Assembly: GCA_036489495.1 (NCBI GenBank)
Contig: DASXFR010000069.1
Location: 45,232-109,231 of the forward strand
DNA: 64,000 nt
From: Acidimicrobiales bacterium
GTDB lineage: Bacteria; Actinomycetota; Acidimicrobiia; Acidimicrobiales; RAAP-2
Reading direction: 5' to 3'
In this document: positions 55,930-63,181 of the stretch, one piece after another
How the letters are laid out: each line of letters starts with the position of its first letter
How positions within the stretch are numbered: position 1 is the stretch's first letter
The notes under the pieces: generated by a model
Databases searched by the model: none
Seen by the model: only the letters and a program-made list of their open reading frames with translations
Told to the model about the DNA's origin: nothing
Translations under genes and position numbers: made by a program

Positions 55930-56094
55930 CCACACCGGCTCCCTGACCACCCAAATCGAACCGCGACAACGACGGAAGTGAAGGCTGGATCCGGCTGTCG
56001 GCGGGCGACACCGGCCGGCGGAGTCCAGGCCGGGGGCCCGACGGGGCCACGCCGGCGACGCCCGGGCGCGACGCGAGTCCGGATCAGATCAGCG

Positions 56095-56120
56095 AAAAAG
56101 AACCGGGGCGGCGTCCCCGG
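56095..56120 (-). terminator. intrinsic terminator after the LplA-like gene
   Basis: The minus strand reads CCGGGGacgccgCCCCGGTTCTTTTT: a 6-bp GC stem, a 6-nt loop and a T-tract, 20 nt after the TAA stop. It is the only clean hairpin-plus-T-tract I found in the window. Confidence 0.7.
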
Positions 56121-56139
56121 ACAAACTCCCTCGTCGTAA

Positions 56140-56859
56140 TTACGAGGGGAGCGCGGCCACCAGCGCGGCCACCACCGACGCCGGTTCAATGTCGGCGCCA
56201 CCGGCGGCCACCAGGTCGGCCACCCCGACCACCGCCCCGGCCAGCTCGAGCCGGGCCGCCTCCCGGTCCTCGGCGGAGAGATCCAGCACCTCGAGCAGGG
56301 CGGTGGGATCCCAGTGCCGGATGCAGGCGCCGTGGAACCAGGCCCCGTCCCGGTTGCGGCGCTGGGAGATCCCCACCACCTTCCGCCCGTCGGCCGCCAC
56401 CACCTCTCCGGTCCCGACCCCGCCGAAACACACCAGCGACGACCAGCGGGTGCAGGCGGCGAACCCGTCCCGGTGGGCGCGCAACCCCGGCGCACCGAGC
56501 GCGGTGAGAGCCGCGGTCCAGGCATCGCCGAGCCAGTCGAAGGCCCGGCCGACGTCCTGGCTCCACAACCGGTCATCCCGGGGGACCCAGACATCGATCC
56601 ACACCGGGTCACCGGGCACCACCAGGACGGCTCCCCCTCCCGACCGGCGCCGGGCGACTTCGATCCCCCGGGCCTCGGCCCGGGCCCGGTCGACCACCGC
56701 CAGCGCCTGGGTGGAGCCGAGGACAACCGCCGGCCTGGCTACCCGGCACACCGAAACCGCCCGTCGCCACGGGCCGAATTCGACCGCCGGCCACGACCGG
56801 TGCAGCTCGCCGGCCGCTCCACTCCGCTCGTCGATCGACCAGCTGCTCCCCGCCGGCAC
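56140..56859 (-). CDS. biotin/lipoate A/B protein ligase family protein (LplA-like catalytic domain)
   Basis: It has VARRRSGGGAVLV (the RRxSGGGAV motif) and GRKVVGISQRR. GTG 56859 is the first start after the HNH stop. A clean intrinsic terminator follows. Confidence 0.65.
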   Translation of the reverse strand: MPAGSSWSIDERSGAAGELHRSWPAVEFGPWRRAVSVCRVARPAVVLGSTQALAVVDRARAEARGIEVARRRSGGGAVLVVPGDPVWIDVWVPRDDRLWSQDVGRAFDWLGDAWTAALTALGAPGLRAHRDGFAACTRWSSLVCFGGVGTGEVVAADGRKVVGISQRRNRDGAWFHGACIRHWDPTALLEVLDLSAEDREAARLELAGAVVGVADLVAAGGADIEPASVVAALVAALPS

Positions 56860-56867
56860 CGTTGGCG

Positions 56868-57398
56868 TCAGGCGATCAGGGGCTCGGAGCGATCGACCCC
56901 GGGGCTCAGGTAGGTGTGCCAATCGTCGCTGGCCCCTCCGCAGGTGGCCAGCAGCTGCACCCGGTGGTGGGGAGCCACCGGGGTGGCCCGGAGCACCATC
57001 CCGGCCTCATGGGGCAGCCGGTCCTCCTTCCGGGTGTTGCAGCGCCGGCAGGCCGCCACCACGTTCTCCCAGGTATGGGGGCCGCCCTTGCTCCGCGGGA
57101 TCACATGGTCGAGATTCTCCGCCGCCGCCCCGCAGTACTGGCAGCGCGAGCCGTCCCGGGCGAAGACGGTGCGCCGGTTGACCGCCACCCGGTACTGGCG
57201 GGGGATGTGCACATACCGCACCAACCGGACCACCGACGGCTCCGGCACTGTGACCTTTTCGGCCCGGAACACCCGCTCGGTGGTGTGCACCAGTTCGGCC
57301 TTGGTCCCCAGCACCAGCAGGACGGCCCGGCGGGAGGAGACGATGCCCAGTGGTTCGAAGGTGGCGTTGAGGACCAGCGCCCGCCGGGAGGGTGACAT
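56868..57398 (-). CDS. HNH endonuclease
   Basis: The internal Met gives MSPSRRALVLNATFEPLG. The HNH core is CQYCGAAAENLDHVIPRSKGGPHTWENVVAACRRCNTRK, for 176 aa. Confidence 0.88.
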   Translation of the reverse strand: MSPSRRALVLNATFEPLGIVSSRRAVLLVLGTKAELVHTTERVFRAEKVTVPEPSVVRLVRYVHIPRQYRVAVNRRTVFARDGSRCQYCGAAAENLDHVIPRSKGGPHTWENVVAACRRCNTRKEDRLPHEAGMVLRATPVAPHHRVQLLATCGGASDDWHTYLSPGVDRSEPLIA

Positions 57399-57490
57399 CG
57401 GCGACCTCACCGGTTCGGGGGCGGACGGCGTCCCCTCCCCCGCCAGCAACTTCGCCTCCAGCCTCGACCGTCGATTCACTAGATCGGAAA

Positions 57491-57808
57491 TTAGCCGTGT
57501 CGGGCCGTCGATGGGCGATTGCTGGCATGGTCCCGCCGCCACCCGCCCGCCGACCGGCACCACTGGAGATAGGAGACCACATCGTCGGCATCGGGGGCGG
57601 CATCCGGGCGACCGTAGGCGGTGACCATCCGGAACCCCCACAGGCGGCGGTCCGGCAGGGGAAGAAACGGGCGCCGTCGCCACCATCCGGGGGCGGCCAA
57701 CCGGGAGACGGCCCCCACCGCGGTCAGCCACAGCGTCGGGCGGCCCAGCACCGCGGCGATCACCGTCCTCACCGCCGCCGGCGACGGTACCGATGGCTCC
57801 CCGCTCAT
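57491..57808 (-). CDS. hypothetical protein (105 aa)
   Basis: The ATG overlaps the ROK kinase stop (ATGA). About 85 percent of codons end in G/C by my hand count, consistent with real coding in this genome. It has a hydrophobic N-terminal segment and a Trp/Arg-rich core (GWWRRRPFLPLPDRRLWGFRMVTAYG). Confidence 0.55.
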   Translation of the reverse strand: MSGEPSVPSPAAVRTVIAAVLGRPTLWLTAVGAVSRLAAPGWWRRRPFLPLPDRRLWGFRMVTAYGRPDAAPDADDVVSYLQWCRSAGGWRRDHASNRPSTARHG

Positions 57809-58701
57809 CCGGGCACCGATGAACCAGCCAGGCCGAGCATGGCCCGGCGCCCGACCGCCGCCGCCCCCACCAGTGGGCCGTCCGCCCCGAGCCCGGCGGG
57901 AACGATCCGGGTTCCCCGCGAGTAGCTCAACCTCGACCGGGCGTCGATCTCCGCTTGGGCGGCGGTGAAGAACGGTTGGCCGAAGCCGAGGGCGACCGAG
58001 CCGGCCACCACCGCCAACTCCAGGTCCAACAGGTTGGCCACCGATGCCACCGCTCGACCGACCAGCGTGCCGGTTCTTCGCCGCACCTCGTCGCCGGCCT
58101 CCGACGCCGGTCGACCGGTGATGGCGGCGATCGACGGTCCCGACGTCTCCGCCTCCAGGCAGCCGCGGGCCCCGCACACACACCGGCGGCCGTCGGGCTC
58201 GACGATCAGGTGGCCGATGTGCCCGGCATTCCCGTGGGCGCCGTCCAGCAACCGGCCGTCGAGCACGATCCCGCCGCCCACTCCGGTGGACACCACCATG
58301 GCCAGATAGTCATCCAGCCCGGTGGCAGCTCCCCTCCACCCCTCCCCCAGAGCCAGCGCCTTGGCGTCGTTGTCGACGATGGTCGGCAGGCGGACCAGGG
58401 TCTCGAGCCGGGGCTGGAGGGGAAACTCCCTCCAGCCGGGAATGTTGAGCGGGGACACCGTGCGGCCGCCCTCGGTCATCGGGCCCCCGCAGCCGACCCC
58501 GCAGACGACCGGCGACACGGTGGCGGCCAGCTGGACCTGGTCGATGATCGACGACAACGCCGCGAAGACCACCTCGGGGTCCGGGTCCTCGGGGGTCCGG
58601 GTGTGGGCCTCGACAAGGATCGTCCCCCTCCCGTCGACCAGGCCGGCCGCCATCTTGGTCCCGCCCACGTCGACCGCGAGCACCACCAGGCGGTCAGGCA
58701 A
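57805..58701 (-). CDS. ROK family sugar kinase (glucokinase-like)
   Basis: It has AVDVGGTKMAAGLV, GHIGH and the zinc motif CVCGARGCLEAE. Confidence 0.88.
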   Translation of the reverse strand: MPDRLVVLAVDVGGTKMAAGLVDGRGTILVEAHTRTPEDPDPEVVFAALSSIIDQVQLAATVSPVVCGVGCGGPMTEGGRTVSPLNIPGWREFPLQPRLETLVRLPTIVDNDAKALALGEGWRGAATGLDDYLAMVVSTGVGGGIVLDGRLLDGAHGNAGHIGHLIVEPDGRRCVCGARGCLEAETSGPSIAAITGRPASEAGDEVRRRTGTLVGRAVASVANLLDLELAVVAGSVALGFGQPFFTAAQAEIDARSRLSYSRGTRIVPAGLGADGPLVGAAAVGRRAMLGLAGSSVPG

Positions 58702-58706
58702 AGGAT

Positions 58707-59081
58707 TCAGTCGTCGCGATGGAGGCGACCGCGGATCCAGTCCCGCGGATCGTGCACCACTGTCCCCATGTTCCGGCTGTGGATCGACCGGGAGATGTCG
58801 TCGATCCCGGCCTTGCCCATGCGCCGGGCATTGTTGGCGAATACCACCGCAGAGAGGAACATGACGATGACGCCGATGAACCCGAGCACCAGCGACCGGG
58901 AGAAGGTCAACAACATGAAGACGAAGCCGACCACGAACACCAGCGCCGACCAGATGCAGTAGCGCCCGGCGTGGCGATAGACGGTCTCGGAACGCACCCG
59001 CTCCGCGAACTCGGGGTCCTCCTTGTAGAGGGACTCCTCCAGCTCGTGGAGAATTCGTTGTTCGTGATCAGAGAGCGGCAA
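58707..59081 (-). CDS. DUF3040 domain membrane protein
   Basis: The N-terminus is MPLSDHEQRILHELEESLYKEDPEFAERV, followed by two TM segments. The family is typically found upstream of actinobacterial dcw clusters. Confidence 0.85.
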   Translation of the reverse strand: MPLSDHEQRILHELEESLYKEDPEFAERVRSETVYRHAGRYCIWSALVFVVGFVFMLLTFSRSLVLGFIGVIVMFLSAVVFANNARRMGKAGIDDISRSIHSRNMGTVVHDPRDWIRGRLHRDD

Positions 59082-59163
59082 GTGCCCCTCCCCCCCATCT
59101 CTCGATCGACCTTGTTGTCATCCTCGACTCCATGATCGCGCACCTCCGTGCCTAAAGCATCGC

Positions 59164-59188
59164 GCATTGAGGCAAACGTTGACAATGC
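59164..59188. promoter_or_regulatory. inverted repeat GCATTG-N13-CAATGC with an internal AACGTT
   Basis: It lies in the AT-richer dinB / DUF3040 spacer, 83-107 nt upstream of the DUF3040 gene start. Its function is unknown. Confidence 0.25.
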
Positions 59189-59247
59189 AGACCTTATTTC
59201 CTCCCCGGGTCGCCCGGAAGGACCGGAAATTCCTGGATTTGGGAGTC

Positions 59248-60579
59248 TCAGGGCTGGTCGTGCTCCACGTTTGGCTCGGCGGCGGGTCCCCATTGGGCGT
59301 CCCCCCGCTGCCGGACCCGGAGCCCGTCGGGACCCACCATCGCGGCGGAGCCGACCGACCCATGGCCGTAGCGGGCCCGGATGCTGTCGACGGCGGCCGA
59401 AATGCCGCCCCACGACTGCTGGAGACGCTCCGCCTCGTCCCCGGCCCGCATCATCCGGGTATCGGCCGAACCGCCACCACCGAGGTCCCAGGACAGCTGT
59501 TCGTTGGCGCCGGTGGTGCCGAAGCCGGACAGGCTGACGCCCAGCAGCCGCATCCCCTTCGACAGGTCGACGGATTCGAGCAGGGCCGAGGCGATGGCGG
59601 CGATGGCCGGGGCGGAGTCGACCGGGGTGATCATCGAGTGGGACCGGGTGATCAGGGTGAAGTCGCCGAACTTGATCTTCACGGTGATGGTGCGGGCCCC
59701 GAGATCGGATCCCCGGAGGTGGGAGGCGGCGGCCTCGACGATCCGGGACAGGTGGCCCTGGATGGCCTCCGGGTCCCAGAGGTCGGACGGGAACGTCTCC
59801 TCGTGGCCGATGGACTTGGCCTTCTGGTCGGGGACGACCGGCCGGTCGTCCACCCCCCGGCACAGCTCGGACAGGTGCAGTCCCTGGGCCTTGCCCAACT
59901 GGCGCTCGAGGCTGGCGGCCGGGAGGGAGGCGAGGTCGCCAACGGTCATGATCCCCAGCCCCTGGAGCCGGCGGGCCGACACCGGCCCCACCCCCCAGAG
60001 TGCCTCGATGGGCAGGGGATGGAGGAAATCGAGCTCCCGGCCCGGCTCAATGATGACAATCCCGGGCCCAGCCCGGATGCCCGACCGGTCGGCCTTCGGT
60101 TTGGCCGCCTTCGACGCGAGTTTGGCCATCAGCTTGTTGGAGGCCACCCCGACCGAGCAGGTGAGGTGCAGCTCGTTCTCGACCCGGGCCCGGATGCCCC
60201 GAGCGATCACCGGCCCGGGTCCGAGCAGCCGCACCGAACCGGTCACGTCGAGGAACGCCTCATCGATGGAGATGCCTTCGACCAGCGGGGTCACTGTCTC
60301 CAGGATGGCGTGGAGCTTGGCGCTCTCCTCGCTGTAGCGATGGTGGCGGCCGTCAACGAAGACCGCCTGGGGGCACAGTCGGCGGGCCACCGACGACGGC
60401 ATGGCGGAGTGGACGCCGAACCGGCGGGCCTCGTAGGTACAGGCGGCCACCACCCCCCGGCCGCCCGAACCTCCCACGATGACCGGACGTCCGGCCAGGG
60501 TGGGATCGTCCAACACCTCGACCGAGGCGAAGAACGCATCCATGTCGACGTGGAGGATGACCCGGTCGTGCTCATCCAC
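59248..60579 (-). CDS. dinB: DNA polymerase IV
   Basis: It has ILHVDMDAFFASVEVLDDPTLAGRPVIVGG. GTG 60579 is preceded by GGAGG at about 10 nt and overlaps the PIG-L gene by 8 nt. The longest ORF starts at 60636. Confidence 0.92.
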   Translation of the reverse strand: MDEHDRVILHVDMDAFFASVEVLDDPTLAGRPVIVGGSGGRGVVAACTYEARRFGVHSAMPSSVARRLCPQAVFVDGRHHRYSEESAKLHAILETVTPLVEGISIDEAFLDVTGSVRLLGPGPVIARGIRARVENELHLTCSVGVASNKLMAKLASKAAKPKADRSGIRAGPGIVIIEPGRELDFLHPLPIEALWGVGPVSARRLQGLGIMTVGDLASLPAASLERQLGKAQGLHLSELCRGVDDRPVVPDQKAKSIGHEETFPSDLWDPEAIQGHLSRIVEAAASHLRGSDLGARTITVKIKFGDFTLITRSHSMITPVDSAPAIAAIASALLESVDLSKGMRLLGVSLSGFGTTGANEQLSWDLGGGGSADTRMMRAGDEAERLQQSWGGISAAVDSIRARYGHGSVGSAAMVGPDGLRVRQRGDAQWGPAAEPNVEHDQP

Positions 60580-61282
60580 CGAGACGCAGCCTCCGGAACC
60601 CTTCGGCGAAGGCAACCCCGGCGCTCCGGCCGGCATCTTCCGCCGCGCCGTGGACCGCGGAGGTCGCCCACTCGGCGCCGTCGGGGAACTGGCTCCGGTG
60701 GCAGCCGACCGCCCGGGCCTTCAGCTCCACGGTCTGGGAGATGTCCACCCAGACGTCGGGCTCGAGGGTGCCGGACAACAGGACGGTGGCGACCTGATGG
60801 GCCGGGCCGGCGTCGGGGAAGTAGAGGGGCAAGGCGGCGGCCGGGGCCACCGCGTCGAGCACCGCCCATCCGGTGACCCGATGATCCCGGTGGTTGAAGT
60901 AGTCCTGTCCGAAGAAGACGGCGGTGGGGTCCGGACACAGCACCACGTCGGGCCGGATCCGGCGAACTACCGCCACCAGCGCTCGCTGGAGCCCGAGGTC
61001 ATCGGCCAGTTCCCCGTCCGGGTAGTGCAGGGACTCCTGGCCGGCCAGCCCGATCAACGATGCCGCCTCGGCCGCCTCCACCGCCCGACGGTCGGCCAGT
61101 TCCCCGGGCTCGACCCAGGCATCGGTCGAGCCTTTGTCCCCGTCGGTACAGAGGAGGACGTGGACCTCGCAGCCTTTGGCCGACCACGCCGCCAGGGTGC
61201 CTCCGCAGCCGACATCGGGATCGTCGGGGTGGGCGTAGATGGCCAGCGCCCGGACCGGGATCTCCTCCACGAGCTCGGGCAC
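60572..61282 (-). CDS. PIG-L family deacetylase (LmbE-like)
   Basis: It has LAIYAHPDDPDVGCGGTLA (the AHPDD motif) and HRDH. It starts 2 nt after the nrdR stop. Confidence 0.88.
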   Translation of the reverse strand: MPELVEEIPVRALAIYAHPDDPDVGCGGTLAAWSAKGCEVHVLLCTDGDKGSTDAWVEPGELADRRAVEAAEAASLIGLAGQESLHYPDGELADDLGLQRALVAVVRRIRPDVVLCPDPTAVFFGQDYFNHRDHRVTGWAVLDAVAPAAALPLYFPDAGPAHQVATVLLSGTLEPDVWVDISQTVELKARAVGCHRSQFPDGAEWATSAVHGAAEDAGRSAGVAFAEGFRRLRLGG

Positions 61283-61284
61283 CG

Positions 61285-61758
61285 CTAGGACCCTGGCTGC
61301 TTGGGGGCGGTGGTCTTGGTCAACAGCCCGACCTCACGCCGGAAATCGTCGACCCCCTCGAAACCCTTGTACACACTGGCGAACCGGAGATAGGCCACCT
61401 CGTCGACCAACCGCAACCGGTCGAGCACGGCCAGACCGATCTGCTCGGTGGTCGGTACGGTGCCGTCCTCCCGAACCTCGTCCTCCACCGACTGGGCCAT
61501 CTCCTCGAGCTGCTTCTCCGAGACCGGGCGGTTTTTGGTGGCCGCCCGCAGCCCGTCGACCACCTTCATCCGGTCGAACGGGGCCCGGAGCCCGGAGCGC
61601 TTGACCACCATCATCGGAACTTCGTCGATCCGCTCGAACGTCGTATACCGGTGGCCACACCCGTTGCACTCCCGCCGGCGCCGGGTAGCGGCGCCGTCCT
61701 CGGCCAGCCGGGAGTCGATGACGCGATCGTCATCCGCCAGGCACCAGGGACACAGCAC
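61285..61758 (-). CDS. nrdR: transcriptional repressor NrdR
   Basis: The N-terminus MLCPWCLADDDRVIDSR...CNGCGHRYTTFE forms a zinc ribbon, followed by an ATP-cone. Confidence 0.96.
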   Translation of the reverse strand: MLCPWCLADDDRVIDSRLAEDGAATRRRRECNGCGHRYTTFERIDEVPMMVVKRSGLRAPFDRMKVVDGLRAATKNRPVSEKQLEEMAQSVEDEVREDGTVPTTEQIGLAVLDRLRLVDEVAYLRFASVYKGFEGVDDFRREVGLLTKTTAPKQPGS

Positions 61759-61827
61759 GCACCGAGGATAGTGCTGCAGGCAACCGTCTCGGGCGGGATC
61801 ACCAGCGCAAAGGCCGGGTGGAGGCGG

Positions 61828-62382
61828 TTAGGGAACCGCGATGTGCTCGCCGGGCTCGACCGTGTAGGAACCGGTCTGCGAGGCCAAGGTGGCGACCAGC
61901 GGTCGGGGGTCAGCGGAAGGATCCGCCGCCACCGCGATCGACCAGAGGGTGTCGCCGGGCTGCACCGTGTACTCGACCGGGTGGGTGGTCCCCGCCAGAG
62001 CGGGACCAGAGGCGTGGGAGTGACCTCCGGTCCCACTCAGCGGAAGAGCGAGCCCGATCACCACCAGGCTGCTGACGGCCAGCAACGTGCGCCGCAGCCT
62101 GACCGCTGAGGACGGCCGGCGGCGGGCCCGGCGTCGCCGGACCGGATCGGGGACCAGCGCCAGCCCCGGACTCCGGGGGGCGGTAGTCGGGTCGTCGGCG
62201 TCGATCCCCGGCGACCAGTGGCGGCCGCCCTCCACCAGGCGCAGAGGGGCCCCGCCGCGGCTTCGGCCGCCCTCGGCCCGGGTCAGCGGGGCCGGGAACG
62301 AGAGGGCGGCCACTAGCGGACCTCCCCGGTTGGCGACCGTCGGGCCAACTGCCCGGACGTCGAACGTCTGTTCGTCATGCAC
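61828..62382 (-). CDS. chiZ: LysM-domain membrane protein, ChiZ (Rv2719c)-like SOS-associated division inhibitor
   Basis: The architecture is a disordered Arg-rich N-terminus, a single TM segment (TLLAVSSLVVIGLALPL) and a C-terminal LysM domain (YTVQPGDTLWSIA). It is divergent from lexA and followed by nrdR, as in mycobacteria. The start is uncertain: GTG 62382 is chosen and the longest ORF starts at 62502. Confidence 0.7.
   Translation of the reverse strand: MHDEQTFDVRAVGPTVANRGGPLVAALSFPAPLTRAEGGRSRGGAPLRLVEGGRHWSPGIDADDPTTAPRSPGLALVPDPVRRRRARRRPSSAVRLRRTLLAVSSLVVIGLALPLSGTGGHSHASGPALAGTTHPVEYTVQPGDTLWSIAVAADPSADPRPLVATLASQTGSYTVEPGEHIAVP
62361..62374. promoter_or_regulatory. LexA (SOS/Cheo) box 1: CGAACgtctGTTCG
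   Basis: It is a perfect match to CGAAC-N4-GTTCG, with flanking T giving TCGAAC. It lies at the extreme 5' end of the chiZ-like gene. Confidence 0.85.
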
Positions 62383-62393
62383 CCATCGAATCA

Positions 62394-62407
62394 CGAACGC
62401 CTGTTCG
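62394..62407. promoter_or_regulatory. LexA (SOS/Cheo) box 2: CGAACgcctGTTCG
   Basis: It is a perfect match to CGAAC-N4-GTTCG in the lexA/chiZ divergent region. Confidence 0.85.
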
Positions 62408-62423
62408 GTGTCAAGCCATTTGT

Positions 62424-62437
62424 CGAACGGGTGTTTG
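62424..62437. promoter_or_regulatory. LexA box 3 (one mismatch): CGAACgggtGTTTG
   Basis: It matches 9 of 10 half-site positions and is preceded by T (TCGAAC). Confidence 0.6.
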
Positions 62438-62467
62438 CTTTCCGACCTCCCCTGGGCTACCTTCTTG

Positions 62468-62481
62468 CAAACAGATGTTCG
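62468..62481. promoter_or_regulatory. LexA box 4 (one mismatch): CAAACagatGTTCG
   Basis: It matches 9 of 10 half-site positions and lies 65 nt upstream of the lexA GTG, overlapping a TTGCAA -35-like hexamer. Confidence 0.6.
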
Positions 62482-62545
62482 CCGCCCAGGACAGCTAGCC
62501 ACAACGCCGATCGGGGCGGGCGAACCACAGCGACCAGGGGGAACC

Positions 62546-63175
62546 GTGGCTCAGGTACTCAGCATCAAGCGCAAGCAGATACTGGACTGTATTTCCGAGT
62601 CGATCCGGGACCGCGGGTTCCCCCCCTCGGTCCGGGAGATCGGCGAGTCGGTGGGCCTGGCCTCGTCCTCCACCGTCCACGCCCACCTGGCGGTGTTGCA
62701 GCGGGAGGGGTATCTGCGACGGGACCCGACCAAGCCCCGGGCCATCGAGGTCCGGTTCGACCCGTCGTCCAAGGTGGTCATGGACTCGCGACCGATCCGC
62801 CATGTCCCGCTGGTCGGCGATGTGGCCGCCGGCACCGGGGTGCTGGCCCAGGAGAACATCGAGGAGCTGTATCCGCTCCCCGAGGACTTCACCGGGACCG
62901 GTTCGCTGTTCATGGTCAAGGTCCGGGGCGACTCCATGGTCGACGACGGCATCGTCGACGGCGACTTCGTGGTGGTGCGACAGCAACCCGAAGCCGAGCG
63001 GAACGAGATCGTGGTAGCGGGGATTCCTGACGAGGAAGCCACCGTCAAGCGGTTCTCCACCCGGGACGGGAAGGTCGTCCTCACCCCGTCCAACCCGGAC
63101 ATGGTCCCGATGGAGTTCGACCCCGACGAGGTGACCGTCTACGGCAAGGTCGTCACCGTCCTCCGCCGGCTGTAG
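62546..63175 (+). CDS. lexA: LexA repressor
   Basis: GTG 62546 gives VAQVLSIKRKQILDCISESIRDRGFPPSVREIGE. The Ala-Gly cleavage site (VAAGTG), the Ser (GDSMVD) and the Lys (VKRF) are present. Confidence 0.96.
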   Translation: MAQVLSIKRKQILDCISESIRDRGFPPSVREIGESVGLASSSTVHAHLAVLQREGYLRRDPTKPRAIEVRFDPSSKVVMDSRPIRHVPLVGDVAAGTGVLAQENIEELYPLPEDFTGTGSLFMVKVRGDSMVDDGIVDGDFVVVRQQPEAERNEIVVAGIPDEEATVKRFSTRDGKVVLTPSNPDMVPMEFDPDEVTVYGKVVTVLRRL

Positions 63176-63181
63176 GCCCGC

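Noticed and set aside
56868-57398. The HNH endonuclease as evidence of a mobile element, homing endonuclease or restriction/defence locus.
   Set aside because: There are no flanking direct or inverted repeats, no integrase, transposase or methyltransferase partner, and no compositional break. The neighbours are conserved housekeeping genes. It is treated as a stand-alone conserved HNH protein.
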